DNA from: a virus
Taxonomy: Duplodnaviria; Heunggongvirae; Uroviricota; Caudoviricetes
Reading direction: 5' to 3' (one strand)
Length of the DNA stretch: 60,642 nt
IMG/VR virus record: IMGVR_UViG_2721755676_000007
Shown: piece by piece, positions 1-10,223 of the stretch
How the letters are laid out: every line of letters begins with the position of its first letter
Numbering within the stretch: the first letter of the stretch is position 1
Notes under the pieces: generated by a model
Database searches by the model: none
Seen by the model: the letters and a program-made list of their open reading frames with translations, nothing else
What the model was told of the DNA's origin: nothing
Made by a program: the position numbers and the translations under genes

Positions 1-10
1 TTCCGTTTAA

Positions 11-583
11 TCACAGCTCTGGCCATACGATATCCGGGGCTGTATTTATATCAATCCGACTCACTAATACCCGGTATTTTTTCCAGGAAGATAGCATCGA
101 GACATCCTCATCAGTTGCCATTTCAAAATTAACAGCATCCTGCAGAGTTGTTATGTTATCAGTCGCTTCCTGGATTAATCTTGCCTTTTTCTCTTCCGCC
201 TCCCGGATCCGGAATAGTTTTTCTGCTTCTGCATCTTTCACCCAGGCTGTGCCGTTCCACTTCTGAAACTCCCCTTCCGGGGATAACCAGGTAACATTTT
301 CCGGTAACGGACCGAGTTCAGAAATAAATAACGCGTCGCCGGAAGCCACGTCATAAACCGTTTTACCCCGATGATCTTCAACGAGATGCCACGATGCCTC
401 ATCACTGTTGAAAACAGCCACGAAGCCTGCCGGAATATCTGGCGGTGCAATATCGGTACTGTTTGCTGGCAGACCTGTATGAGGCGGAATATATGCGTCA
501 CCTTCACCAATAAATTCATTAGTTCCGGCCAGCAGATTATAAATTTTTATGGTCCGTGGTTGTTCACTCATTCTGAATGCCAT
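11..583 (-). CDS. tfa: Tail fiber assembly protein (lambda Tfa-like)
   Basis: 190-aa ORF directly downstream of stf; start codon overlaps stf stop (ATGA at 581-585); matches lambda Tfa size and position. Confidence 0.85.
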   Translation of the reverse strand: MAFRMSEQPRTIKIYNLLAGTNEFIGEGDAYIPPHTGLPANSTDIAPPDIPAGFVAVFNSDEASWHLVEDHRGKTVYDVASGDALFISELGPLPENVTWLSPEGEFQKWNGTAWVKDAEAEKLFRIREAEEKKARLIQEATDNITTLQDAVNFEMATDEDVSMLSSWKKYRVLVSRIDINTAPDIVWPEL

Positions 584-3500
584 TATGCAAGCCTCACAAT
601 ATAGTTAAATGCGATGTTTTTGACGGTGTTTTCCGCGTTACCAGCAGCGTTAACGGTGATGGTATGTCCATGTGAACCAATCGCAACGGAGTGCGTATGA
701 GCACCAATACCGACAGTATGTGCGTGTGCACCTGCGCTTGCAGCAGTACCCGATACAGAGTGCGTATGAGCGCCTGCAGAAGAAGTGTTAACACTGTATT
801 TAGAATAATCAGGTGATCCACTTCCCGGAGCACCACTGGAACCACCTGAAACAAATGTCATCGAATGGGTATGTGCACCGGCTGAAGCAGCCGTACCGCT
901 AACACTATGGGTATGCGCACCAGTGTTATTCGTGGATTTAGTGCCGTAATCAAACGACGATGTGGTTTTCGTCCCCAAATCCGTACTGGATGCGCTGGCG
1001 CTGTGGGTGTGCGATTTAATGCCGTCCTGTTCCTGAGACAATACGGCACGACCACTGGCGGGCTTGCCCTTAATCGTCCAGCCACGCATATCAGGGATCA
1101 CGCCTGACGGATAAGCCGCTGCAAGTTTCGGGTAAGCAGATTTGTCAAAAGTCTGCCCCTGCATCAGGGCATAACCAGACGGAACGGTATCTGATGGCCA
1201 CGGGATTGGTGCACCGACTGGATAAAACTCTGCAGGAGGATGAGCCGAGGTGTAAAGCTGCGCCCACGGCGACCAGTTTGCGTCGGTCGTATCCCGTCGT
1301 GAACGAATAAATGCCGGAGCATGAGCACCGCTTGTACCATTCCAGCCGATGAGTAACTCACCTTCGCCAACGGCTGTCATCCCTTTCAGGTGAATGATAT
1401 TTCCATACGCTGTTGGATATCCGTTGTTATACACCTCGTATAACTCAAGACCTGTTGCCCCCTGTGTATTGTCTGTCAGCGCGGTTACCCGACCTTTTGA
1501 AGACAGATTAACTGATGATACTGCTGTTCCACCTGACGGTAACGCCCCGATCTCTGATGCCGTTGGCTTATTTCTGGAGTTATAGTCCCTTCGCCAGCCA
1601 GGTGAATAATCTGTTCCGTGATTAATATAGGTAAACTGGGCGTTAGTTGTTCCACCACCAGTGGAGGTGGTCGGTGTGGTAATGCGGATCGTCATCGCTG
1701 ACTTTATCCCCATTACTTCAATGACAGCTCCGGCGAGATGAATATTACCGCAGCCAGTATCAGTAATGATTTTATTATTGCCATAAGACCAGGAACCCTT
1801 GCACATCCAGTATGGATGGTTAAATGCTCCCTGAGAATCCAGCCACTCGATAAACTGTGCAGTCGTCCAGTTTCCTGTTGTTGTGCTTACTGACCCACCG
1901 AAGGCACGGCAGGCACCAATATTTTTCGTAAAGGTGTCTTTGCCAGGGATATCCGCACCGTTCTGATCTTTCTGCAGACGTTTCTCAGCATTGTCATTGG
2001 CTGCTTTTACTGCCTTTGGCGTTGCCGCCAGCGTTTCAGACGTGCTGTTGGTCGCGCTGCTTAGCTGGATTATCCCTTTCTGTGCTGTCGTTGCATCCTG
2101 TGCGGTGTATTTCCCGTTAGCCAGGTCATACGCGGCCTTAACGGCTTTTGGCGTTGCCGCCAGCGTTTCAGACGTACTGTTGGTCGCACTGCTGAGCTGT
2201 ACTATCCCCTTTTTCGTCGTGCTCGCATCCTCAAGCGCCACGGCGGATGCAATATCCTCTGCCCGTTTTGCCGCTGTCTCAGCGCGCGTTGCTGCAGATT
2301 CCGCCGTACTTTTGCTCTGAGCTGCCGCCGTCGCACTGCCAGCTGCCTCTGTCGCCTTCGTGGATGCCGTCGTGGCGCTACCCTTCGCTGCTGACGCCTG
2401 TCTGGTCGCCTCATCTTTTGAAGCAGACGCAGATGATGCCGATGACGACGCCGAACTGGCTGACGATGCGGCAGCCGTTTTTGAGGATTCTGCGCTGGTT
2501 TCCGACGCTTTCGCGTTCGTTTCGGATGTCTTCGCTGCGGAAGCAGACCTCGCTGCTGCGCTGGCCTGTTCAGTGGCTTCGCCAGCCTTCGTTGTGGCTG
2601 TTGAAGCAGACGATGCGGCACTTTCTGCCGATTTTCCGGCGGCGGTGGCACTGGCTGAGGCCTGCCCGGCACTTGTTGACGCGGCACTGGCAGACGACGC
2701 AGCCGCTGTTTTTGAGCCTGCCGCAGCTGAGGCGCTCTGTCCCGCTGCCGTTTCAGAAGACCTGGCGTTCGTCTCGGACGTTTTTGCCGCCTTCGCGGAA
2801 TTTGCTGCCGCCGTTGCCGAGGAAGCGGCACTACTGGCGCTTGATGATGCGTTCGTTTCTGATGATTTCGCTGCCTCTTTTGAGGCCGCCGCATCCCGGG
2901 CTGAGGTGGCTGCTTCTGACGCCTTCGTGGTCGCGGCGGATGCAGAAGTGGCTGCTGATTGTTGTGACGCTGCCGCATTCGTTTCTGACGTTTTCGCCGC
3001 AGCGGCACTGGTAGCTGCCGCGCTTTTTGAGGACTCTGCAGCAGCAGCACTTTTCGATGCTTCACTGGCCTTTGTTGATGCCGTTCCTGCGCTGGAAGAT
3101 GCTGACTGAGCCGACGACGCGGCCTGTCCGGCTGACGTGCTGGCTGCGCGTGCTGAGCCTGCAGCATCAGTCGCATGGGTTGCCGCCTCACGGGCTGATG
3201 TGCTGGCATCGCTGGCTGACTTCTTCGCGGCTGCCGTGTTCTGTGCCACCGCGGACGCGTTACGCGCCACCTCTTCCACCATCAGTTCAAAACGGCGCAG
3301 TGCCTCCGGACGGGCATCATCCTCCGTCATGGCACCGAGAAAATCATTCAGCGTACCGGGTCGGGAATCTTCATACACGGTGATGGTCCCGGCATGTGAC
3401 GGCGGGAATCCCTCCACCAACAGAATAACGCTGTACTGCCCGTACTCAACGTCCATGCTGTAACGCCCGGCTTCATCCGGATTTTCTGAGGCCAGCGTGT

Positions 3501-3612
3501 TCACCACCACCGTGGTGCTGTTACGTTTTGCTTTCAGCTGGATTGTGCAGTTCTGTACCGGTTTTCCTGTGCCGTCTTTCAGTACACCTGAAATCTTTAC
3601 TGCCATATTCAC
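583..3612 (-). CDS. stf: Side tail fiber protein (lambda Stf-like), 1009 aa
   Basis: N-terminus [26 protein letters not shown] matches lambda Stf; long Ala/Ser/Thr-rich shaft; C-terminal His-rich GAHTHS repeats. Confidence 0.88.
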   Translation of the reverse strand: MNMAVKISGVLKDGTGKPVQNCTIQLKAKRNSTTVVVNTLASENPDEAGRYSMDVEYGQYSVILLVEGFPPSHAGTITVYEDSRPGTLNDFLGAMTEDDARPEALRRFELMVEEVARNASAVAQNTAAAKKSASDASTSAREAATHATDAAGSARAASTSAGQAASSAQSASSSAGTASTKASEASKSAAAAESSKSAAATSAAAAKTSETNAAASQQSAATSASAATTKASEAATSARDAAASKEAAKSSETNASSSASSAASSATAAANSAKAAKTSETNARSSETAAGQSASAAAGSKTAAASSASAASTSAGQASASATAAGKSAESAASSASTATTKAGEATEQASAAARSASAAKTSETNAKASETSAESSKTAAASSASSASSSASSASASKDEATRQASAAKGSATTASTKATEAAGSATAAAQSKSTAESAATRAETAAKRAEDIASAVALEDASTTKKGIVQLSSATNSTSETLAATPKAVKAAYDLANGKYTAQDATTAQKGIIQLSSATNSTSETLAATPKAVKAANDNAEKRLQKDQNGADIPGKDTFTKNIGACRAFGGSVSTTTGNWTTAQFIEWLDSQGAFNHPYWMCKGSWSYGNNKIITDTGCGNIHLAGAVIEVMGIKSAMTIRITTPTTSTGGGTTNAQFTYINHGTDYSPGWRRDYNSRNKPTASEIGALPSGGTAVSSVNLSSKGRVTALTDNTQGATGLELYEVYNNGYPTAYGNIIHLKGMTAVGEGELLIGWNGTSGAHAPAFIRSRRDTTDANWSPWAQLYTSAHPPAEFYPVGAPIPWPSDTVPSGYALMQGQTFDKSAYPKLAAAYPSGVIPDMRGWTIKGKPASGRAVLSQEQDGIKSHTHSASASSTDLGTKTTSSFDYGTKSTNNTGAHTHSVSGTAASAGAHTHSMTFVSGGSSGAPGSGSPDYSKYSVNTSSAGAHTHSVSGTAASAGAHAHTVGIGAHTHSVAIGSHGHTITVNAAGNAENTVKNIAFNYIVRLA
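2015..2200 (-). repeat. 132-bp tandem direct repeat inside stf (44-aa unit containing [23 protein letters not shown])
   Basis: Near-identical nucleotide blocks starting at 2015 and 2147 (tttggcgttgccgccagcgtttcagacgt...). Confidence 0.7.
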
Positions 3613-3614
3613 CC

Positions 3615-3644
3615 CACAAAAAAGCCCGCCTGAACCGGCGGGCT
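3615..3644 (-). terminator. Intrinsic terminator downstream of lom
   Basis: Minus-strand hairpin AGCCCGCC-ggttca-GGCGGGCT followed by TTTTTTG. Confidence 0.6.
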
Positions 3645-3670
3645 GTCATAACACTGTGTTACCTGGCTAA

Positions 3671-4270
3671 TCAGAATTTATAACCGACACCCACGATGAA
3701 ACCGTCAGTGCGCCAGTCACCACTGCCGGAGCCTTCATAAGCAATATCAATGGCCACGGATTCGGTCGGGTTAAACTGCACGCCAGCCCCCCACGCCAGA
3801 GACGTGTTGCTGTGGCGACCGTCATCACTTCCGGTCAGCACATCGTGCTTTTTCCCCTTGTTGTCAGTTACGCGAAGATAATCCCCGGAGAAAGTCGACA
3901 CACGGCTGTAAGCTACACCCGCCATCGCATACGCGCTGAACCATTCATTCACGCGCACAGACGGCCCCGCCATTACGCTGAACCAGCGGTTACGAACGGA
4001 ATCTTCATGCCAGCGGGTATCGCTGTAACGGGTCAGCTGGCGATTCTTGTCTCCTGCATAGCTGAATGACGTCACCAGCCCCAGTGTGTCCGTAAACTCA
4101 TAACGGTATTTCACGTTAATCCCGTTCAGATCATCACTGCCGGGGACGTTCGTCGAGGCATGAAGATACCCTGCGCTCAGTGTGGCCTGCTGCTCAGACG
4201 CCCATGCAGGCGCACCGGATACGGCCAGACAGATGGCTGCGGACAAAATGGCTGCACAAACTTTACGCAT
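3671..4270 (-). CDS. lom: Outer membrane protein Lom (Ail/Lom family)
   Basis: 199-aa ORF with signal peptide and beta-barrel ending in aromatic F; position between J and stf as in lambda. Confidence 0.9.
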   Translation of the reverse strand: MRKVCAAILSAAICLAVSGAPAWASEQQATLSAGYLHASTNVPGSDDLNGINVKYRYEFTDTLGLVTSFSYAGDKNRQLTRYSDTRWHEDSVRNRWFSVMAGPSVRVNEWFSAYAMAGVAYSRVSTFSGDYLRVTDNKGKKHDVLTGSDDGRHSNTSLAWGAGVQFNPTESVAIDIAYEGSGSGDWRTDGFIVGVGYKF

Positions 4271-4292
4271 AATTACCTCTCGCTTTTCTGCA

Positions 4293-4318
4293 ATAAAAAA
4301 GGCGCCATTTCTGGCGCC
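4293..4318 (-). terminator. Intrinsic terminator downstream of J
   Basis: Minus-strand hairpin GGCGCC-agaaat-GGCGCC followed by TTTTTTATT. Confidence 0.55.
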
Positions 4319-4337
4319 CGTATATGGGTTATAAAAT

Positions 4338-7300
4338 TCAGCTGATACTGATGCCTGCGGTGGCTTTCTTCATCACCACAACCAGCAAATCGCTGATACT
4401 TGCTGTGGGATACCAGTCATTTACCAGCCATGCTGACACCGAAAACTCCAGCGTCATGTGGCCGTGACCAGCTGGCATATCAATAACACCACTGTAAATC
4501 AGCGTATTATCCAGCGCGGTACGGTTATAAATTTCAGCACCATTTTTCTTCACTATCAGGCGGCATGACGAATAAATATCGTTATTCTCCCGCTCATGTT
4601 TAGCGCCGCAGAATGCCACCGCTGGAATAACAATTTGCCTGTCAAAAGGCTGATCGTCATAAATCCTGACGGTAATGGTCCCTGATGGCCACCGCTCCGG
4701 TGCCCGGGAGTCCCGCGGGAAAGCCTTACCCACTGTTTTGACAATATCGCCTTCAATCTGATTGGCTGACAGTTTCCCCTTAATCTGACAGTTCTCATTA
4801 ATCGTGACGTTGTTGAGCGTCCCGGAGTTCGCATTCACACTGCCACTGATATCCGCATTTTTAGCAGTCAGCTTTCCGTCCGGTGTCAGGGAAAATGCCG
4901 GTGGATTTCCACCGCTGGTAATGGTGGGGGCCGTCAGGCGTTTCAGGAACACGTCGTTCATGAATATCTGATCGCCCTGACCAACAAACATCGGTTTTGT
5001 GTTGCCATTCGCAGGATTAACCATCGCAATCCTGTCCGCCGCCAGCAGCACCTGACTCTGCATGCCGTCAGGGGTGTTCTCAATACCGGCACCAATACCC
5101 GCGATATAAAGGCGTCCGTCCTGCATCTGCTGCAGCTTCACAGCCCACATGCTGTTCAGGTTATTATTTGTATCAACCTGAACCTTCTGTATCTGCTGAA
5201 TTGCCGCACTCTGGTCTTCCAGTTTCTTATTGACGGTCTGCGTGATTTCATTGCTGACATCCGTAATGGACGTCCTGATTTCAGCCAGGTCAGGCGCAAG
5301 CTGACCGTTATCAATCTGCGTCCACAGCTCCTGAGCCAGATGGGTTTTCCCTATCTCGCCTTTGAAAAAATCCAGATAGCCGGATGCATCATCACTCGGC
5401 TGACCAACAGCCTCCACGAATGCCGATTTGCCAACGGTGTTCACACTGCGAACGTAAAAATAATAATCATGGCCCGGTTTGATATTGATACTGGCGGCTA
5501 TCCAGTACAGCGCCGTGCCAAGATAGCGGGCTGTGGTTTCAACCTGCCTGATATCGGTAATCCGCTTTTCCGAGAACCAGAACTCAAACTGTACCGTCGG
5601 GTCATAAACGGCAAGATGCGGCGTGGCGGTTATCTGAAAATAGCCCGGCGTCAGCTCAATCCGCGACGGCACTGCAGGTGCGGCAATCCGGAACGATACC
5701 GATGCCGGATCGCCCTGCTGCCCCCACGCATTTACCGCCCGGACTGTCAGCCTGTAGTTCCCCAGCGCCAGCTGCCTGAAGCGGTATGTGGTTTCTGTCG
5801 TCCGGGCCGTGCTGACCAGCCGCTCACTGCCGTCGTCCGCTGCCACGGTCAGGCGAAGCATAAAGCTCACGCCCTTCACCACCTTCGGTGTGTCCCATCG
5901 CGCCAGCACCTGATATTCCCCGCTGTCTGCGGTGACTTCTGCGGTCAGGTGCTGCACCGCTGGCGGCGTGACACCATTTACCGTGCCGCTCTGGTCGCCG
6001 TCAAAGTGCGCCCCGTTATCCACGATGGCCTCTTTTTCCGGTACATGCTGCACGGCGGTGATGGCATACGTGCCGTCGTCGTTCTCACGGATACTCACGC
6101 AGCGGAACAGGCGCTGGCGCAACGTCGGCAGCTTCAGCCCCCATACGCTGTATTCAGCAACGCCGTCAGGAACACGGCTCACTTTCACCTTCACGCCGTC
6201 GGTGACGGACTGAACCTCCACGCTGACCGGATTGCCACTTCCGTCAACCAGGCTTATCAGCGTGGTACCGGAGGATGGCAGCGTGATTTCACGGTCGAGC
6301 GTCAGCGTCCGGGTCTGGCTGTTCACAGCCAGCACGCGACCACCGGTGCTGATACCGGCATAGTCATCATCGCAGATTTCAATAACATCGCCCGGCACAT
6401 GGCGAAGCCCTTCTGCGCCCACGCTGAAATCCACGGTCTGCGTCTCCAGCAGTTCCGTTTTAATCAGCCACAGCCCGGCGCGGTGTGCCTGCCCCCGGCT
6501 GGTACAGCCAAAGGCATCCATCTTCGTGACATTACGACCGTAACGGGCAATGGCCTGCGTATCTTCAACAAGCTCTGTCGCCGTCTCCCAGCCGTTGTTC
6601 GGGTCAATCCAGTTCACCTCAACGGCATTATGGCGGTCCTTCAGGGCGCTGAAGCTGTAGCGGAACGGCGCGCCATCATCCGGCATCACCACATTACTGC
6701 GGTTATAGGTCCACGCCTTATCCGACGGTCGGTCCTGCACAAACGTCAGCGTCTGCCCGTTCCATACCGGCATACAGCGCATCGCCGAGCAGAAATCACT
6801 GAGCACATCCCACGCCTTACGCTGTGTGGTCAGCCAGGCATTACAGGTGATGCGCGGCTCCGTGCCGCCAAAGCCGTCCGGCACCGACTGGTCGCAATTC
6901 TGGCCGATGACATACAGCGCCCATTTATCCACATCCGCCGCACCAAGACGTTTCCCCATGCCGTAGCGTGGATGGGTCAGCATATCCCACAGACACCAGG
7001 CCATGTTATTGCTGTATGCTGGCTTAAACGTTCCGTCCCAGATACCGCTGTATTGCCGCGTCTGCGGGTTATAGTTCGACGGCACCTGCAGAATACGCCC
7101 GCGCAGATGATAATTACGGCTCACCTGCTGGCTGCCGAACTGCTCCGAATCCACCTGTACGCCGACCAGTGCCGTGTTCGGGTAGCACTGTTTCACATCG
7201 ATGATTTCGGTGTATGACGACCAGAGCGTTTTGTTCTGCAGCTGATCTGTGGTGCTGTCCGGCGTCATCCTGCGCATCCGGATATTGAACGGGCGCGGCG

Positions 7301-7817
7301 GCAGGTTACCCACCACCACCGATGCCAGATACTGTGAGGTGGTTTTGCCTTTAATGGTGATGTCTTTTTCCGTCACCCAGCCACCGTTACGTTGTATCTG
7401 AACCAGCAGGCGGACTTCCGACGGATTCCGGTCCCCCTTTGAGGTGGTTTCCACCAGTGCCTGCACACCGAAGGTAAAGCGCAGACGGTCGATGTTTGCC
7501 GACGTGATGGTGCGGGTAATCGGCGTGTCGTATTTCACTTCCGTACCCAGCACCGTCTCGGAACCGGAGGATTCAAAGCCCTCCGGCGGCGTCTGCTCCT
7601 GCTCACCTGCCCGGAACACCACCGTGACGCCGGAGATATTGGTATTCCCCTCACTGTCCAGCACCGGCGTACTGTTCAGCAGCACGCTTTTTAATCCATC
7701 CACCGGACCTTCAATCGGCCCTTCGCTGATGACATCGATCACACTCAGCAGCTGCGTGGACTTCAGGTTGTCCTTCGCTTCGCGCGGGGTATGCCCCTTA
7801 CTGCTGCCTTTACCCAT
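4338..7817 (-). CDS. J: Tail tip / host specificity protein J
   Basis: 1159-aa ORF beginning [24 protein letters not shown], collinear with lambda J. Confidence 0.95.
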   Translation of the reverse strand: MGKGSSKGHTPREAKDNLKSTQLLSVIDVISEGPIEGPVDGLKSVLLNSTPVLDSEGNTNISGVTVVFRAGEQEQTPPEGFESSGSETVLGTEVKYDTPITRTITSANIDRLRFTFGVQALVETTSKGDRNPSEVRLLVQIQRNGGWVTEKDITIKGKTTSQYLASVVVGNLPPRPFNIRMRRMTPDSTTDQLQNKTLWSSYTEIIDVKQCYPNTALVGVQVDSEQFGSQQVSRNYHLRGRILQVPSNYNPQTRQYSGIWDGTFKPAYSNNMAWCLWDMLTHPRYGMGKRLGAADVDKWALYVIGQNCDQSVPDGFGGTEPRITCNAWLTTQRKAWDVLSDFCSAMRCMPVWNGQTLTFVQDRPSDKAWTYNRSNVVMPDDGAPFRYSFSALKDRHNAVEVNWIDPNNGWETATELVEDTQAIARYGRNVTKMDAFGCTSRGQAHRAGLWLIKTELLETQTVDFSVGAEGLRHVPGDVIEICDDDYAGISTGGRVLAVNSQTRTLTLDREITLPSSGTTLISLVDGSGNPVSVEVQSVTDGVKVKVSRVPDGVAEYSVWGLKLPTLRQRLFRCVSIRENDDGTYAITAVQHVPEKEAIVDNGAHFDGDQSGTVNGVTPPAVQHLTAEVTADSGEYQVLARWDTPKVVKGVSFMLRLTVAADDGSERLVSTARTTETTYRFRQLALGNYRLTVRAVNAWGQQGDPASVSFRIAAPAVPSRIELTPGYFQITATPHLAVYDPTVQFEFWFSEKRITDIRQVETTARYLGTALYWIAASINIKPGHDYYFYVRSVNTVGKSAFVEAVGQPSDDASGYLDFFKGEIGKTHLAQELWTQIDNGQLAPDLAEIRTSITDVSNEITQTVNKKLEDQSAAIQQIQKVQVDTNNNLNSMWAVKLQQMQDGRLYIAGIGAGIENTPDGMQSQVLLAADRIAMVNPANGNTKPMFVGQGDQIFMNDVFLKRLTAPTITSGGNPPAFSLTPDGKLTAKNADISGSVNANSGTLNNVTINENCQIKGKLSANQIEGDIVKTVGKAFPRDSRAPERWPSGTITVRIYDDQPFDRQIVIPAVAFCGAKHERENNDIYSSCRLIVKKNGAEIYNRTALDNTLIYSGVIDMPAGHGHMTLEFSVSAWLVNDWYPTASISDLLVVVMKKATAGISIS

Positions 7818-7877
7818 TCGTCACGCTCCATAAACGACAAAACCGCCCGCAGGCGGTTTCACATAAAATGTTTTGCA

Positions 7878-8549
7878 TCAGCGACCAATCACCACAACCT
7901 GACCACCATCCCCTTCGTCTGCCGTGCTGATCTCCTGAGAGACCACCCGCGACCCCACGCGCATTTCACCGTACAGAACGGGCAGAACATTGCCCTGGGC
8001 AACCATGTTATCCAGTGAGGAGAAATAGGTGTTCTGTTTGCCGTTATCTGTACTTGCTGCCGTGGGCGTCCTGGCTTTCGGTGCCAGCATCTGCGCCACA
8101 CCACCAAGTACCATACTGGCACCGAGAGAAAACAGGATACCGGTCATACCACCGGCCCCAATGGCTGCCCCCCATGCTGCAAGAGTGGCTCCGGCAGTAA
8201 AGAATGATCCGGCAATGGCGGCAGCCCCCAGAACAATCTGGAATACGCCCCCTGACTTGGCCCCGGCGACTCTGGGAACAATATGAATCACAGCGCCGTC
8301 AGGCAGAGTCTCATGTAACTGCGCCGTTAACCCGGACGTGCTGACGTCCCGCCCGGCAATCCGTACCTGATACCAGCCGTCGCTCAGTTTCTGACGAAAC
8401 GCCGGGAGCTGTGTGGCCAGTGCGCGGATGGCTTCAGCCCCCGTTTTCACACGAAGGTCGATGCGGCGGCCAAATCGTTGCAAATCCCCGTAAAGGCAGA
8501 TGCGTGCCATGCCCGGTGACGCCAGAGGGAGTGTGTGCGTCGCTGCCAT
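7878..8549 (-). CDS. I: Tail assembly protein I
   Basis: 223-aa ORF MAATHTLPLASPGMARICLYGDLQRFGRRIDLRV matching lambda I; overlaps K as in lambda. Confidence 0.88.
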   Translation of the reverse strand: MAATHTLPLASPGMARICLYGDLQRFGRRIDLRVKTGAEAIRALATQLPAFRQKLSDGWYQVRIAGRDVSTSGLTAQLHETLPDGAVIHIVPRVAGAKSGGVFQIVLGAAAIAGSFFTAGATLAAWGAAIGAGGMTGILFSLGASMVLGGVAQMLAPKARTPTAASTDNGKQNTYFSSLDNMVAQGNVLPVLYGEMRVGSRVVSQEISTADEGDGGQVVVIGR

Positions 8550-9190
8550 TTGTCGGTATACCTCTCTCGTTTACTCAGTTGTTCAGGAATATGGTGCAGC
8601 AGCTCGCCGTCGCCGCAGTAAATTGCGGCGTGATTCGGCACCGATGAACCAAAACAGCACAGCAGAACATCGCCCGGCTGTGCCGCTGACAACGGCACCT
8701 GATACAGCCCTGTGGCCTCCAGATTATCCAGATAGAGATTCTGGCCGTTACGCCACCAGTCATCCTCACGATGAAAGTCCGGCATCTCAATCCCCGCCAG
8801 ATGATAAGCATCCCGGAACAGTGTGTAACAGTCCGTCACACCGTGCTCAAAGCGCCGCCCGGTGAGATGCGGCACACAGCGGAACTTATGAATCGTCCCC
8901 CGGCAGACCAGCCACCACGGCAAATCACTCTGCACCTGCAGCCGCCGGTCGGCCTCACTCAGCCAGGGCAGACCACCGGGGTGGCTGTGGACCAGCGCCA
9001 CAATCTCACCCTGCATTTCTGCCTGCAGCCAGTCTTCCGGCGACATACGGAAATACGCCTCCGGCTCACCGGAGATATTCACGCAGGGGAAATATCTTTC
9101 CCCCTCCGGCGTGCTTACCACGAAGCCGCACGACTCCGCTGGCGCACATCGCCGGGCGTGCGCCAGAATCGCTGATTCTGTCTGTGTCAT
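8447..9190 (-). CDS. K: Tail assembly protein K (JAMM/MPN plus NlpC/P60-like)
   Basis: 247-aa ORF with HSHPGG (JAMM) motif and C-terminal Cys/His; lambda K is annotated as 199 aa, which would correspond to a start at 9046. Confidence 0.85.
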   Translation of the reverse strand: MTQTESAILAHARRCAPAESCGFVVSTPEGERYFPCVNISGEPEAYFRMSPEDWLQAEMQGEIVALVHSHPGGLPWLSEADRRLQVQSDLPWWLVCRGTIHKFRCVPHLTGRRFEHGVTDCYTLFRDAYHLAGIEMPDFHREDDWWRNGQNLYLDNLEATGLYQVPLSAAQPGDVLLCCFGSSVPNHAAIYCGDGELLHHIPEQLSKRERYTDKWQRRTHSLWRHRAWHASAFTGICNDLAAASTFV

Positions 9191-9894
9191 GGGATGTACT
9201 GCGAAAGTTTGTTAATGGAAAGGAAGCCGCCAAAGTTGCCGACGTTATTGCGGAACTTACAACCGCTCAGGCATTTGCTGCATTTATCCTTCGTGATATC
9301 GGACGTTGGCTGGTCATATTCATCCGCGACTGCCGGACCGTGATAACCGCACTCATCACCGCGATAGGTCCAGGTGCAGGTGTTGGCCAGCATGATACGT
9401 CCCGGAAAAACAGCACCGTCCGTTTCCGTCGGCGTGGACAGTACAAAAGAGGCACTCACCGCGCTCAGTTCGCTGCACTGCTCAATGCGCCAGCGGCTGA
9501 TCACCTCCTGCTCCGGATCGGCGCCACTGTTTCCGTTGACGAAGTTCACCGCATCCAGAAAACGGGCGTAAACCTTACGCCGGACCACCGTTCCACCGAC
9601 CAGACTCTGCAGATCTTCCGCCATCCCGGTGACCATACCGTACAGGTTAGAAACCGTCAGTGTGGGGCGCGTACTGGTGCCTTTGCCATTCAGTTCAAAA
9701 CCACTCCCCTGAATGGGATACGGCTGATACTGTCGCCCCTGCCAGGTGACCGGCTCACCTTTTTCGTTCTGCTCATTACAGAAAAAATAACGTTCTCCAC
9801 CGACCTCTGTCAGATCGATTTCCCAGAGCACCACGCTGGCCGACTGCTCCGCACGGGTGCATTCATTCAGTGTTTCCTGCCGGATATCCTGCAT
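9187..9894 (-). CDS. L: Minor tail protein L
   Basis: 235-aa ORF MQDIRQETLNECTRAEQSASVVLWEIDLTEVGGERYFFCNE, lambda L homologue. Confidence 0.9.
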   Translation of the reverse strand: MQDIRQETLNECTRAEQSASVVLWEIDLTEVGGERYFFCNEQNEKGEPVTWQGRQYQPYPIQGSGFELNGKGTSTRPTLTVSNLYGMVTGMAEDLQSLVGGTVVRRKVYARFLDAVNFVNGNSGADPEQEVISRWRIEQCSELSAVSASFVLSTPTETDGAVFPGRIMLANTCTWTYRGDECGYHGPAVADEYDQPTSDITKDKCSKCLSGCKFRNNVGNFGGFLSINKLSQYIP

Positions 9895-10223
9895 CAGTTC
9901 ACCACCTGTTCAAACTCTGCGCTGAACTCAACACGCAGCATACTGACCCGCGACGACCATTTTGCGCAGGTCACCTTTATCTGCCGCCACTCATAAGGCG
10001 GCGTCCACAGAAAGGATTTCCAGCCCCCGTGCTCAGCCAGAAACGACTCAAGCGCCGTGGCCTCCCAACGGGGAACAGAAAGCGTCACGCTGTACGTTTT
10101 CAGGTTGGCATTCAGCCCGGCAGGCGCTCGCTGAGAATAGCCATCACCAAAGCGCACCTTTCTTACGGAAGGGGCCGAAGCCACATCCATACCGGGTTTC
10201 ACTTTCCAGCGGAAGGTTTTCAT
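9894..10223 (-). CDS. M: Minor tail protein M
   Basis: 109-aa ORF, same length as lambda M (330 nt). Confidence 0.9.
   Translation of the reverse strand: MKTFRWKVKPGMDVASAPSVRKVRFGDGYSQRAPAGLNANLKTYSVTLSVPRWEATALESFLAEHGGWKSFLWTPPYEWRQIKVTCAKWSSRVSMLRVEFSAEFEQVVN

Noticed and set aside
2202-3209. Long Arg/Pro-rich ORFs and an Ala/Asp-rich plus-strand ORF (2247-3014, 2360-3109) overlapping stf
   Set aside because: Low-complexity translations of the antisense and off frames of the repeat-rich stf shaft; stf is the conserved frame
5340-7217. 625-aa plus-strand ORF inside J
   Set aside because: Antisense to the J coding sequence; Arg/His-rich composition typical of a spurious frame in GC-rich coding DNA
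8447-9190. Possible frameshift or mis-annotation at the K/I overlap and K start
   Set aside because: The roughly 100-nt K/I overlap and an upstream-extended K frame are also present in lambda; not evidence of a programmed frameshift here
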